Assembly: GCF_006345805.1 (NCBI RefSeq) | Contig: NC_043002.1 | Span: 52,700,001-52,764,000, forward strand | DNA: 64,000 nt | DNA from: Octopus sinensis | Taxonomy: Eukaryota | Direction of reading: 5' to 3' | Shown: in pieces, positions 25,225 through 38,738 of the stretch | Layout: every line of letters starts with the position of its first letter | How positions within the stretch are numbered: the stretch's first letter is position 1 | Made by a program: the position numbers and the translations under genes | Notes under the pieces: generated by a model | The model's database searches: none | Told to the model about the DNA's origin: nothing | What the model saw: the letters and a program-made list of their open reading frames with translations, nothing else

Positions 25225-26790
25225 TCATCATCTTACACCTACTTTGACATGCTTGCATAGATTGAACACGTCTTCGACGTCACAGTATCTCGCCATGTGC
25301 AGCGTTCCTTTAAGAGGTTCAACATCCCGAGGTCAACTTTCACTTCTTCTACCCATGTCTTCTTTCGTGTTTTCTCTTTCAATATTTCGTCCAGCTTGGA
25401 CCTCCGAAGACTTCTTTACCCATTTATTGTCTTCCATGCAAATTAAAACAAACCAGTACCAACGCAGTTGTCTCTCTTTCACATCGCAATCGATTTCTTT
25501 TATACGCCATTTTTCTATCAGCTCATCTACACTCATTTACGTCACGCCACAAATGTACATAAACATTACATTTGCAGCGGTACGTGTATGCCTTATTTTT
25601 TTCAATATCCACACATCTTCTACATGTAATGCACTCCTCCCACCACCATGCAGCAAGTAACGTACAATCTACCCCTCGCTCACAGAGAGAAGCCCCTTTT
25701 TGCCACAAGAAATAATATTTCCTTGAAGATTTTTCCACCCTGTTTTATTCTAGCTGATATGCTTTCAGAACACCCTCCTCTAAGATTGATTGATTGGGTC
25801 CCTAAGTAACAGAAGCTGTCAACTACTTATATGCAGCCATCTACATGTTGAAAAAAACTTATTTTACAAGTGCTCTGACTGCTAAATCCTCCTGTACATC
25901 TACAACACACAAAGTTTTTATTTACTGTCAGTCGAGCTGTGATCCCAATCCACCTTTTTTTTTATGTGCCCACAGTTTACACAGTGTACACCGAATAGAA
26001 TTCCTACCGACTCATTTCCTGCATATTGATCACATCTATTGCCCTGATGACAAAAGAATTGTCTTCTTTCCTAAAATAAAACTTCACCAAATTTAATCTG
26101 GAGGCCTCTCGACACGGAAAAGTGATCAAGTGATAAACCGAGCTACTGAAACCCGTGTATTAGCTGGTCTTTTCATTTGTGTCAAAGCCTAGATCTCTCC
26201 TCATTTCCTGAACAGCATCCATATTAGATATTTCAGATTAGCCATTATGATACGGCCGAACATGATCCTTGAAGTTACCAGCCATGATATTTATGCTTTT
26301 TTGCTGTCGAAGTGGTTTAAAAGAGGACCTCATAAGATCAATCTTTTTGTCCATCAGACAGTCTTGATTGTAGAAAGCAGAGATATCATTTGCTGTTACT
26401 TAACCAACAACTAGTCTATACTTAATAATTCTGTCGCATATTCTGGCTACTTCGGCTGTATTATTTATAGATTTCTTATATGATTTTTTTATATATAGAC
26501 CTCTTATATGATTACTCCTCCTAAACCATCATCGTTACCTACCTAGAAGAATTATTGCGTGCGTTCTTCATGTGTAAGGAGTCCAGCTGGTGTTTTCTCT
26601 ATCTCATCTCTAGCACACAGCACACATCTACTCGCATCCATTCTAGCATCTCTATAAGTTAACTAGATCCACCTTTAATTATATGATCATTTATAGTTGC
26701 AGGCCTGAAATTCACATGGTGGATGCTTTGGTACTTGAGATCTGTTCTCTGCACATGAAAGAATACGGTCGAAGACTTCTTTCACATAAT
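25225..26790 (-). mobile_element. RTE-clade LINE, internally deleted and decayed
   Basis: Minus strand: APE remnants (LIEMLEWMRVDVCCV; ARICDRII; MAGNFKDHV), then post-RT VVDSFCYLG...GGCSES and C-terminal ERQLRWYW...WVKK; ends in a short (GAT)n tail. The RT core is missing. Confidence 0.75.
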
Positions 26791-26860
26791 CGGCTTTTAT
26801 TAAGAGTTATGCAGAGCTACTGCTTTCCTGGAATAACTCCCAACACTGCAACTTGTAGAG

Positions 26861-26941
<81 letters not shown>

Positions 26942-26959
26942 GTGTGTGTGTTGTGTGTG

Positions 26960-27967
26960 TGTTTTGCATGATTCTTGATGTGAAATCGTGTGTTAAAACA
27001 GATGTTGCTGTATTTAGGGACGGTCATGTTGCCAGTTTAGCCAATAAAAACACACGCATTATATATTTGGTGTTAATTTGCTTCAGCTTTATTTTATTTT
27101 TTACATTAATCGTATTTCGACCAGAGTTCTTTCGTCACACTTCTGTGACTTCATCAGTGGTCCTTTGCTTCTTCTTTCTTATTTGTGTGTCTTTCCTTAC
27201 TAACGATCAGCCATTTTGTATTTTGTATTCCTATTGTATGTCTCTATTTGCGCATGCGTATACCCCTATGTGTGTCTATGTTTAGTAAGTGCGTGTGTGG
27301 GGGAAAGTGCCTGTATTATTTGTATCCCCTGTTTATACACGTTCGTTTAATTTATTTTTATTTATCTTGTTCATGTGTTTATACCTACTTATTATTTTTT
27401 CTATTCCTTTTTTGTATTTAATTTAATTATTTATTTATTTATTTACATTTTTAATTTTGTTAATGTATATAGTTATTTAATTCCATTTGTTTATCTGTGT
27501 ATTGTATTTTGTTTTGTTTATATTGTTATCAGTTTATGGGGATCTTATTCTGTCATATGTTGTGGTGTGTTGGATGTGTGTTCAAGTGTTCCATTCCAGT
27601 TTACTATTTATGCTAGGTTTATCTTCTATTATGTATGTAGCTTCTGTAATTTGTCTAAGCGTTGCGTCTGTTCTAGGCGTGGACAAGATTTTAACTTCTA
27701 TGTTGTTGAGTGAGTCTCCGTGTTCCTACTCGGCGTGCTGGTACAGAACCGATGAGTTTTCTCTTCCTTAAGTTCCCTCCAATGTTAATTTACCCGCTCT
27801 CTTATGCTCCGTGCCGTTTCCCCTACGTATGTCATTGTTTTGTTGCTGCATCGTCCCTCTGTACATCTTATACTATAGACTACATTTCTGGCTTTACAAT
27901 TTGTTTGTGGGCTAATTCTACACACAGCACAGTTCCTATCAGTACTGATAGGAACTGTACTGTGTGT
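26960..27967 (-). mobile_element. Penelope-like element 3' fragment (GIY-YIG endonuclease plus downstream region with hammerhead)
   Basis: NCAVCRISPQTNCKARNVVYSIRCTEGRCSNKTMTYVGETARSIRERVN*HW, continuing after a frameshift as SSVLYQHAE*EHG...KILST...LRQITEATYIIEDKPS. Confidence 0.85.
27119..27162 (-). ncRNA. Minimal type I hammerhead ribozyme
   Basis: Minus strand gacca-CTGATGA-a-gtcaca(gaag)tgtgac-GAAA-gaac-TC-tggtc: 5-bp stem I, 6-bp stem II, extra A after A9, 2-bp stem III. Confidence 0.8.
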
Positions 27968-28784
27968 TATTTCGATAAATTGTATTTCAATCAATTGTTT
28001 CCGATCGTCTTTTCTTATACCTTGAAATGACGCTCTAGTGCTTTTTGAAATAGTAGGCAACATATTGAATAATGTAATCCAAGAGAAATAATAATATCTG
28101 AAAACGAAAGTGAAAGGTCACGGTTAGAATTCCTTTGATCATAAATCTGTTTGATCAGAGATGACCTGGGGCTAAAGAGTTAATTTTCCCATCATTTTCA
28201 TTGACACTCCACCACCATTCCAAACCAAACGACTAATCTGCCATTGAAACACTATCACCCCGGTTCACATTATTAATTAAGGACTCATTCATTATTAAGA
28301 GTGTCTTGCCATACTTTCTTTTTTTTTTCTTTTCCTACTTCCTTCTGCCTTTCCTTGCTCTTATGTTTCGTCTACATATTCTTTCTTCATCTTCCTACGG
28401 CTACATTTTCTTACACTTCTGTTTAACCTATTTTTTATGTTTGTCATTTCTACTTTCCGTCTTCTAAACTTTTTTTTTTTTAACCGCCTATAATTCCTTT
28501 GCTAATTATATTTCTATATTTTAATCTGTTGTCTTTTCATCGTCGTTACCATTGGCTTAATAAACTTTCATTTGCATAATCCTTAGAGTGCCGCACAAAA
28601 TGTTTCGCGGTATTTCTTCCGGCTCTTCACGTTCCGAGTTCAAATCCTCGCCGAAATCAATAGAATATAGTGCTAGTCAAACAGTGAAGTCAATGGTATC
28701 GGCTAACCCCGCCACTAAAACTGCTGGCTTTGTAGCTTAATCTGAAACATTATAATGAAGGTAACCAGCGAAAATCAATACGAT

Positions 28785-28822
<38 letters not shown>

Positions 28823-28840
28823 TTACCACCACCACCATTA

Positions 28841-28892
<52 letters not shown>

Positions 28893-29120
28893 GTCGGCGA
28901 GCTGGTAGAATCGTTAGCACACCGGATAAACTGTTTAGCGCCATTTCATTCGACTCTACGCTCTGAGTTCAAGTTTCGCCTAGGTCAGTTTTTTTTTTTT
29001 TTATTCCATCTTTCAGGGTCGATGAAATAAGTAGCGATAGAGCACTGGGATCGATGTAATCCACTACCCAACTCTTGCCAAAATTCCAGGCCTTGTGCCT
29101 ATAGTAGAAACAATTATTAT
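28893..29120 (+). mobile_element. SINE family A
   Basis: Match to the family consensus. Confidence 0.88.
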
Positions 29121-30599
29121 GATTCAGTAGTCTTAGTTTTGTTATGTTATTTCTCTACGCAGTTCTGTAGGCCTTCTTTATGTGCAGCTTTTCATTTGGA
29201 TTTTTATTATTTTGTTCTGGAAAGTATTCAACGCAATACGAGTGCTGTACCTAGTAATGCTATTCCCTGTATGTTGGGCATATTTCTTAGAAGAGTGATT
29301 TTACTCATGTGTTTGTCTGCATACTTCCAAGGCACATGTTTCTGTTTTCATTCACCACATGTGGATTATCTCTATTTCCAGATCTTTATATTTAGAAATG
29401 TTTGGTTTCTTTGGGAGATACATTACACCGCGTAACAAATTTTTAAATCTATTTATTTATTTGTTTTATTTTATTTATATATTTATTTATTTTGTCTTTA
29501 GTCAGTAAATGTTATTTCCTAGTTGCTTTTATCTAGAAAGCAAAAGAAATAACTACTATTCCCTTCAAACTTTCCTTTCGTGACCGAGACATCAATGTTT
29601 TGGAGCTGACTTATTTCTCATTACATTTCAGATAGAATCGACGCTGAGTTACTGAGTCAGAAATATCTTTATAGCAAATATTCTGCTCAATACTACAGAT
29701 TTGTTTGTCAGTTGCTTAACCTTAACCACTTGAGCATGTCCCTTAGTGGCTGACAACATGATCATCTCTGATGATGAGCAGGAGCAGTGGGGGAGCATCA
29801 TAGGCTTGTGATGAGAGAGATACTTTGGGGTCAGAGTAAATGTAACAAAAGCAAAGATATATTGCCCATTTTCCATAATTTTCTAGAGGTGAACCAATTG
29901 GAAATGACAGTTGCCATCCAAGGACAAAAATCGTGTTACAGTGTTATCATCTTATGATACTTTGATTAGGCTTACGAAGTCAAGGTTGACCAAGGTCTTA
30001 ACAAAAATGGTTTCTAATTTAGACACAAAGTCAGTAGTTTTGAGGATAGGGGCTAAGCGACACCATCGACACCCGTACTTGACTAGTACCTGGTACTTGT
30101 TTTGGCCCTAGAGGAAGTAAAGGATAAAGTTGACTCCGGCGTGATACGAACTCAGAACATAAAGAGGTGAAAGAAATACTACAAATGCGCAAATTTGCCT
30201 TAAATCGATCGCACACTACACACACAAAAGGACACATTTATTTATTATAATCCTAGATACACAATGGTAGAAATTAGACAAGATGGTCACATGTAGAATG
30301 ATTTGATTATAAGTTTATTCGTTTAAATCTGAACTGGTGTGCAAGAACAGTAATAACAACAGCACTGAAGGATATCGATATATATAGCAGAGTGGAGAGG
30401 GTATCTTTCGTGCATTCCAAACTGTTGCTAGCATCTAGGGAGACCACCGGTTTAAGCATAACTTATCCCTTTCCAGTCACCGGTCTTGGGAGTCCTGAAA
30501 AGCATCGTGGGTGCTACTCCTGTTTTCTTAACTTGGAATGACTTTAGTGGTGTGCATACTATACTATGAATTTTCCCCCAAATCTAGAGAGAAAAACTA

Positions 30600-31025
30600 T
30601 TAGCTAGCTGGCAGATTCATTAGCACGCCGGATAAAATGCTTAGCAATGTTTCGTCTGTTTTTACGTTATGCGTTCGAGTTCCGCCGAGTTCAACATTGC
30701 CTTTCATCCTTTTGGTATCGATAAAATAAATACCAGTTAAGCACTGGGGTCCCCAAAAAGTTTCAAGCTTTTCTGTCCATTGTAAAAAATAATATTATCA
30801 GTATAATTAAGCGGGAAGCTGACAGTCATTCGCATATCGAACAAAATGCTTAACGGCGTTTCGTCCGACTTTACGTTCTAAGTTCAAATTCCGTCGAGGT
30901 TGATTTTACCTTTCATCCTTTCGGGATCGATGAAATAGGTACCAGTTGATAACTGGGATCGATGTAATCTACTGTCCTCCCCCTCGAAATTTTCAGCAAT
31001 AAAGATTATAATAGTAGAAAGGATT
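30600..31025 (+). mobile_element. Two SINE family A copies (about 30600-30790 and 30810-31025)
   Basis: Match to the family consensus. Confidence 0.8.
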
Positions 31026-31074
31026 ACAACCATCCTTATCATCATCATCGTTATTAACAACATTGATGATAATA

Positions 31075-31650
31075 TTGATTTCAAATTTTGCCAAAATGCC
31101 AGAAGGTTCGGGGTGGATAAATTGATTACATTGACCCCTGTTTTCAACTGATACTTATTTTATCGACCTCGAAAAGATTACAAGCAAAGCCGATCATGGC
31201 GGAATTTGAACTTTGAACGCAAAGACGTACAAAATGCCGCTAAGCATGTTAACGTTTCTTATTTTTTTTATTGCCCACAAGGGGCTAAACATAGAGGGGA
31301 CAAACAAGAACAGACAAAGATATTAAGTCGATTACATCGACCCTAGTGCGTAACTGGTACTTAATTTATCGACCCCGAAAGGATGAAAGGTAAAGTCGAC
31401 CTCGGCGGAATTTGAACTCAGAACGTAAAAGCAGACGAAATACCTATTTCTTTACTACCCACAAGGACAGACGAACGGATTAAGTCGATTACATCGACCC
31501 CAGTGCGTCACTGGTACTTAATTTATCGACCCCGAAAGGTTGAAAGGTAAAGTTAACCTCGGCGGAATTTGAACTCAGAACGCAGCGGCGGATGAAATAC
31601 CACAAAGCATTTCGCCCGACGTGCTAACGTTTCTGCTAGCTCGCCGCCCT
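31075..31650 (-). mobile_element. SINE family A head-to-tail trimer
   Basis: Three successive bodies on the minus strand; one junction is identical to that at about 900-930. Confidence 0.88.
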
Positions 31651-32239
31651 AAAAAGCGATGATAATATTAGCAATCACAGCAGCACAGTAGCAACAGCAG
31701 CACAGCAACACCAGCAGCAGAAATAGTACTATCAGCAGTAACAATCCTACCACTAGTAGCAGCAGCAACAAGAGCTAGAAAATCAACATCCTAGAATGCA
31801 TTCATGCGTGCATTTCTTAATGATTCAATGAATAAGGACGGCAAATAGTCTATCAATAATTATAGTGATATTTGAAAATGGTTTAAATGAAGACCGAGTT
31901 GGTGTTTCCCATTTCACTTCAGCAAACAGGTCCTAAAATCACTACTTTTTGTGGACTCAAACCGCAGTTTATTGTGTTGGGGCGTCGACTATAAACAATA
32001 GACTCGTTGGAAAGAATTGGAAATCGAAGAGGGGAAAACCGACGTTTCATTGTAGGTAAGGTTTAAAAATATGAATGACATATATTATATTATTTGAGTG
32101 TGTGCGAGTTGTGAGTGGGTGTGCATACGCATTTTATTTATATGTATGTGTGTTCGTGTATACATGCTTACATATTTACACATAAGTATGATAATGTATT
32201 CTTACTCGTGTCAGCCCTAAGGTTATATGAATATATATG

Positions 32240-32271
<32 letters not shown>

Positions 32272-32328
32272 GTGTGTGTGTGTGTGTGTGTGTGTATGTA
32301 TATATATATGTGTGTGTGTGTGTGCATG

Positions 32329-32385
<57 letters not shown>

Positions 32386-33381
32386 CAAAAGTGGATATTT
32401 ATGCATATATATGCGTATGTGTATGTGTATGTATATGGATGTATATGGATGTATATGTACGTATATGCATAAATCACACACATAGAGAGTAGGAGGAAGA
32501 AATTGGGTAAACAGAAATAGCTGGAGTGGGAGGAACAGTGTTCCAACAGAGTAAATGGATCCACGCTACGCAATGTCAACATAAACAGGAAACTAAAGTG
32601 GAAAACTAGTTGGGGAGAAAATAAGAATTGAAAATAATAAGAGATGGTACATCACGCAAGAAGGGACTTACGAATTGAACTAAAACTGCATTTGTAGTAA
32701 TGTTTGTGAGGTGTTATTGATCTGTGAAGAAATAATAATAAAGACCTAAAGAACTAAAGTAATGAATTACGAGATTATAGAATTTTGCAGTAAAAGGAAG
32801 TGAAACAATCGATCATGTGAAAACGAGGCATAATAAATGAAAAACAAAATGGAGGGAAGAAATATGGCGGCTAGTCATTGGAAAACAGCCAAAAATAATA
32901 GCGATTACAATTGCTACGCATGACATGGTGTGGGTATTGAAAAGGAAAGAACAAGAATCATAATAATGGCATTAAAATGATATCACTACCGTCCGAGAAT
33001 AAATAAAAAGTTTGCTTAGACAAGGATGAAAAGCAGTTCTGTGTGTTAAGGTAGTGTTTATGGCTGCTTGCTTGCTTTGAGTCCATCTGCTTGTTTGTTT
33101 TTACAAGAAAACAATTCAGTAAAGGAATTGCATATAATTCATACGTAAGAGTTACTTACCCTCTATTCGCATTTGCAATCCTTCAAATATTTTAGGTACT
33201 CTGTATTGTTTAAATTACTGTAACTACTCTTCTAAATGATTAGACGGCCATCAGTCATCTATGTATCATACTTAAGATATAGACACTGTTTATAGGCCAG
33301 TTATTGCGGTGTTTGTCCTGATATAACACTTCTTATGAACGTTAAAAGCACGAAAATTCTTCTCAGCAGCAACCAGCGAGA

Positions 33382-33423
33382 ACACTAAATGCATTTCGAT
33401 CATTTAGGGCTTTTTCAATGGCG
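33382..33423 (-). pseudogene. Decayed hammerhead-like motif
   Basis: Minus strand cgcca-ttgaaaa-agccctaaatgatc-GAAA-tgca-TT-tagtg; palindromic stem III retained, core and stems mutated. Confidence 0.3.
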
Positions 33424-34014
33424 AGTACTCGGGCAAGAATTCGTCGCCTCCGATACAGGAAACAGTGAATACGACAATCACTGATGTTGTGAAAATCCGA
33501 CCGGTTAAATAAGAAGCAGCATTAAATAAAATAGCTATTTGTGTGTCATAATTTATGTATATAAACTATTGATAGGCCAGTTACTCCGACATTTGTCCTA
33601 AGGTAACATGTCTCACTGGATAAAGAATTCAATACTGATTGCCGACTTAACATCATTAATAGTGATTGTAAAGGAAAATAAATTCGTAGAATCGTTAAGG
33701 TGTGGCGAGAAAATGCTTTGCAGCATTCTTCCTGCCTTTCATGTTCTGGGTTCAATTCCTACCGAGACCAAATTTGCCTTTTAATCTTCTCGTGTCGATA
33801 CTGTAAAGTACTAGTCTAGTACTAGAGTCGATCTAATCGACTTGTCTGTCTCACAGAATATCTAGCTTTGTGCCTATGATACGAGTGATCTTTAATCGTG
33901 ACTGCTTGCTTCGACGTTTTTCAACGATATTGCCTTCTGGTGAAACTTTAAGGTAAACAGTCACTATTAATGATATATATACATATTATATTATAAGTAC
34001 AGTGTATAAATACA

Positions 34015-34420
34015 GGCGCAGGAGTGGCTGTGTGGTAAGTAGCTTGCTTACCAACCACATGGTTCCGGGTTCAGTCCCACTGCGTGGCATCTTGGGCAAG
34101 TGTCTTCTACTATAGCCTCGGGCCGACCACTGGATAAAGAATTGTGAGTGGATTTGGTAGACGGAAACTGAAGGAAGCCCGTCGTATATATGTATATATA
34201 TATGTATGTGTGTGTATGTTTGTGTGTCTGTGTTTGTCCCCCCAACATCGCTTGACAACCGATGCTGGTGTGTTTACGTCGCCGTCACTTAGCGGTTCGG
34301 CAAAAGAGACCGATAGAATAAGTACTGGGCTTACAAAGAATAAGTCCCGGAGTTGATTTGCTCAACTAAAGGCGGTGCTCCAGCATGGCCGCAGTCAAAT
34401 GACTGAAACAAGTAAAAGAG
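34015..34420 (+). mobile_element. SINE family B, full length
   Basis: tRNA-like head ggcgcaggagtggctgtgtggtaag...gggttcagtcccac, CORE-like tcttgggcaagtgtctt, internal (TA/TG)n, tail gactgaaacaagtaaaaga. Confidence 0.92.
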
Positions 34421-34462
34421 AGAAAAGAGAAAAAAAAAATATATATATATATGTATATATTA

Positions 34463-34975
34463 CGAGCAGTATCGCCCGGCGTTGCTCGGGTTTGTAAGGG
34501 AAATAACTATATAAGCATTTTTAGAGAGTTACTTCCCTTATAGATGCCAATTCGGACTTTCTTAGCCATTTCTGTTTTGGTGTCTTCAAGCCATGAAGTC
34601 GTTGTTCTAAAAGAACGCTGGTCTCCTTGACAACGCTTTACGACGTTGATTTCCTTACACTTCCTTCCCCACAGCTTCACGAGGGAGGGAAGAAGGGGGA
34701 GAAGCAAACAGGTGCAGGTGTGACCATGGACGCCAACTCCGCCGCCATCGACACACGAAAAATTATGCATTAAAATGGAATAAAAAATTATGTTAAATTA
34801 TTTTTAAAATCGTAGACTCATCGTAGACGCGCGCTAATACTCAGACGGGCTTGATATGAATCACGACTATAAGATACCCGAATTTGGTTAAACTGCACCG
34901 CAAAATGTGGGAGTAGTTAGGAATCTAAATCGAAGGGGACAGACACTCACACAACTACAGTTTTATATATATAGA
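34463..34975 (-). mobile_element. Non-autonomous Helitron, complete (513 bp)
   Basis: Minus strand starts A|TCTATATATATAAAACTG and ends with hairpin cccgagcaacgccggg plus CTCG|T (CTAG with one change); A|T insertion site, no TSD. Confidence 0.88.
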
Positions 34976-35999
34976 TATGTGTGTGTCTTTGTGTTTGACC
35001 TCGACCACCACCACCGCTTGACAACAGGTGTTGGTTCGTTTACGTCCCCGTAACTTAGTGGTTCGGCGTAAATGACCGACAGAATAGGTACCAAGCTTTT
35101 ATAAAAACATAAATACTAGGGTCGATTTGTTCTACTACATTCTTCAAGGCGACACCCCATTATGGCGTAGTCCAATGACTGAAACAAGTAAAAGATAAAG
35201 GATGGTCATCGTAAATTATTTTGTAGTATTGATAAAATCGTATCACATATTGTGATATAAAATTCTTATATATATTCAACAGTTATAAAGACTGTCAAAA
35301 TTGTTATATTGCAGCTATAGTTATGTCGTTTGTTTCATATTAACTGTCATAAAATGTTGGCATAAGCTTCAAATAAACTGCCTCGTAAATTATCCGGTAA
35401 ACCAGAATGAAAGCAAAATATAGTAATGATAGTTTTGAGAAAACTGTAGTAGAATCTATATTACATAAACTTCGTGAATAAAAAATAAAATATGTTGGAT
35501 CTTTTCAATGTTTTCTACATAAAATATGATAAAGCTAATTTAACTATTAACTTATAGATTAACCTTGTACTAATAAGCCTGGTCAATCCCGCAAGATCAG
35601 TTGAACTTTGTACTACTAACTAACAAAACAGTTTTACATTTTGAAAGAGCTTTCGTGACACTAAAATGGAGTCTGTACGTGATTATTCGACTTGCTAGAA
35701 GTAGCAGCCAAATTTTCTTCAACTCATGTATCACAGTCTTCGAAAAAGGAAAGGAGGCGTTGTATAACGTAGTTCTATATATTTTACACCTGAAGAGGAA
35801 AGCTTCTGGTTAGATTGTTTTCATCATAGACCTGCTCAATAAGAGCTGATTTGGGGTTAAATAACATTCTGTTTACATCTAGATGGATATTTTATGATTC
35901 AATCAGAAAAGGAAAACTAGTAGGTCTCATGATTGTTGGAAAACAAAAGTTTTTCCCCGAATCTGATACACAGCCCGAATAATTCGAGACTCCGTTTGT

Positions 36000-36450
36000 T
36001 CGGAAACAGAGGTTTTTCCGCTAAAGACGCCCCAAAAAAGATGATGGAGTTAAACCTTACAGTATTTCATGAGAATGTCGTCTTTGAACTGATAATTTAT
36101 TAAAATTTGATATATTCTCATCATGGACAAGGCTTTCTTTATGCTTCCATCCTCTGATAGGGTTATAGGGGCGTCATCTTGAAATAATTTCCAATACAAC
36201 TCAACTATGGAAGCCTACGCACAAAGAGGACTATCCCTCCTTCTACAGTCCATAAGCAGAAATTCCTTGAAAATATCGATAAGAGGCTTCTCACGTTCAT
36301 TAAAATGAAGCAACAGTAAAAAGATTCCTTCAGAATTTCTTAACTGTGGTTCCGTGGCTTCAAGAAGCTTCTGACATACATGAAGCAGTCTATGATTTAA
36401 TCAACTCCATATTTGACTGAAACCTTATATTACATCAGTTCACAATCAGG
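36000..36450 (+). mobile_element. Possible highly decayed Tigger/pogo-like fragment
   Basis: One frame gives IPPSTVHKQKFLENIDKRLLTFIK...LWFRGFKK, resembling the HTH SxGWFxxFKKR motif; many stops. Confidence 0.3.
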
Positions 36451-36484
36451 TAATTAGAGCTTTTTATATTAATTCATTAAAGGG

Positions 36485-36930
36485 TAGCAGACTGACCGAA
36501 TAGTCAGAGCGTCTGTCAACATCAAATGCTTTGTGGTATTTGTTTACGACTTGTTATGATCTAAGATAAAATCCTGCCGAGGTCAACTTAGCCTTTCATG
36601 CTTCAGCGTTGATAAAATAAAGTGTCAGTCAAGCACTCAGATCGATGGTATCGACCCACCCTGTCCCCCACCATTCAGGTTTTATGCCTTTGTTAGAAAC
36701 AATTACTGGGTCGCTAGGACTGACAGAATCATTGGAGTATCGGAAAAAATGTTCTTCGACATTTGCTTCAACTCTATATTTTCTGAGTTCAAACTACACC
36801 GAGATCAATTCTACCTTTCATCCCTTCGGAGTCGATAAAATAAAGTAACAATCAAGCACTGTGGTCCATCGTATCAACTATAACCCGCCTAAAAAAATTA
36901 ACGCTGTTGTTCCTAAACTAGAAACAATTA
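36485..36930 (+). mobile_element. Two SINE family A copies
   Basis: Match to the family consensus. Confidence 0.75.
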
Positions 36931-38348
36931 AGTTGAGCATTACGTATGTTTCGGATTAGCGATTTAATGTTGTAAAATTATCTACAGTCGACCATATGAT
37001 TTTGCTTTCAACTGCGCATCATTTCAGAAGGCGGAGTAAAACTGCAGCTCAGTGGAACGTAGTGATTCAGAAAAAGTGGTACCTAGGAAAATTGAGTAAT
37101 GTGAATATAGTCGATTAGTTCTGAATAAAGTCTGTGACACGGTTTCAGCTTCCGCTCTAATTACAATTGAGAAATGTAATAAAATCAAACACCGCAATTC
37201 TCTTATAGAGAAAAACCTAAGAATAAAGGCGTTCCAGCTATGACTATCCTACCTTTTTCGTGAGCATTGTGACAACATAGATGTTCCTCCGTTGAATAAA
37301 TCTTTGTGCTGTTATTTACTTGCAGGTCAATCTTTATAGAATACATTATTAAAGGCGTCCTAGCCGTGAGCATGCCATCTTTTGTATGAATATCTGCGAC
37401 TACGTTAATCTTAAAGTATCCACCAATTCAGTTTTATGATGATATGGTATGGTTTAAGAGAAATTCGGCTGCTATTTCTAGCAGATCAATCCTTTGATAC
37501 ATGTAATTGCTGCTGCTGCTGTTATTTAATCCCAGATCAGCTCTGAATAGACACATTCCGGCTGTAACTATTCCGTCATATTCAGCTCTCCAATGCATAC
37601 TTCTCAATTATTTCTATGGTTTGGGGGTGAAATTTAGAGAGATTTGCGTGCAAGTTCTAGCAAGTCGACTAGTCTCATATGACTTTCGCTACTATTATGT
37701 TAGTTTTTACCAGAAATCTGCTGATTCCAAATCAAGTCATGCAAGAAGGCTTCACTGCCTTCTATCAGGGCATCGGCTATTCTATTTCCTCTTCGTCAGT
37801 GACTAATAAAGTGTTCATTAGCTTTCAGTTTGTATAAACTGTCAATTAACTAAAATAAATTAATAGCTATTTCGATATAATTCACTATTTCAACAACTGC
37901 ACATCGGAAACGAATTGTCTGAAGAAATGATTCACTGTAAAAGGAAACGACAATCTTCTTTCAGTTCTATATTGTCACCACCAACACCACTACCACTAAA
38001 AATCTGATAGTTCTTCAAATCAAGTGAAGTGAATGGAAATGAAAGGAAAAAAATATTTTTCATTTAATTTCACGAAAGTAGAAATTTCTGCCGAACTTAA
38101 TAGATCATTTTTCCAACCGAACATTCTTACAATGTTAGCCTCTTGTTTTCTTTATCTGTTATAATCCAACGATACACACACGATATCGTGTTTGATCTGT
38201 CAAGCAAGATAACTTCAATCGTGGTTATATAAAAATAGCTGACTAAAAAAAAAATCAAACTAGAATACATTTAAGTGCTTGAGTTGTACACAACGCCGCT
38301 GGTTCGGACCATTTTGTTGATCATCTTTTAAGTTGTTTTTGTCTTTCA

Positions 38349-38411
38349 AATGATAGTAATAATAATAATAATGATAATAATAATAATGATAATAATAATA
38401 ATAATAATAAT

Positions 38412-38455
<44 letters not shown>

Positions 38456-38581
38456 TAATAATAATAATAACAACAACAATAACAACAACAACAACAACAA
38501 CAACAATAGTAATAATAATAATAATAATAATAAGAAGAAGAAGAAGAAGAAGAAGAATGATAATATAATAATAATAATAAT

Positions 38582-38625
<44 letters not shown>

Positions 38626-38738
38626 TAATAATAATAATAACAACAACAATAACAACAACAACAACAACAACAATAGTAAGAAGAAGAAGAAGAAGAAGAA
38701 GAATGATAATAATAATAACAACAACAACAGCAACAACA

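Noticed and set aside
33153-33205. Minus-strand donor AGG|GTAAGT
   Set aside because: The upstream acceptor lacks a pyrimidine tract, and no partner exons were found.
35786-35812. cacCTGAAGAggaaagcttctggt as a hammerhead
   Set aside because: Stem II is absent; at best a deleted remnant.
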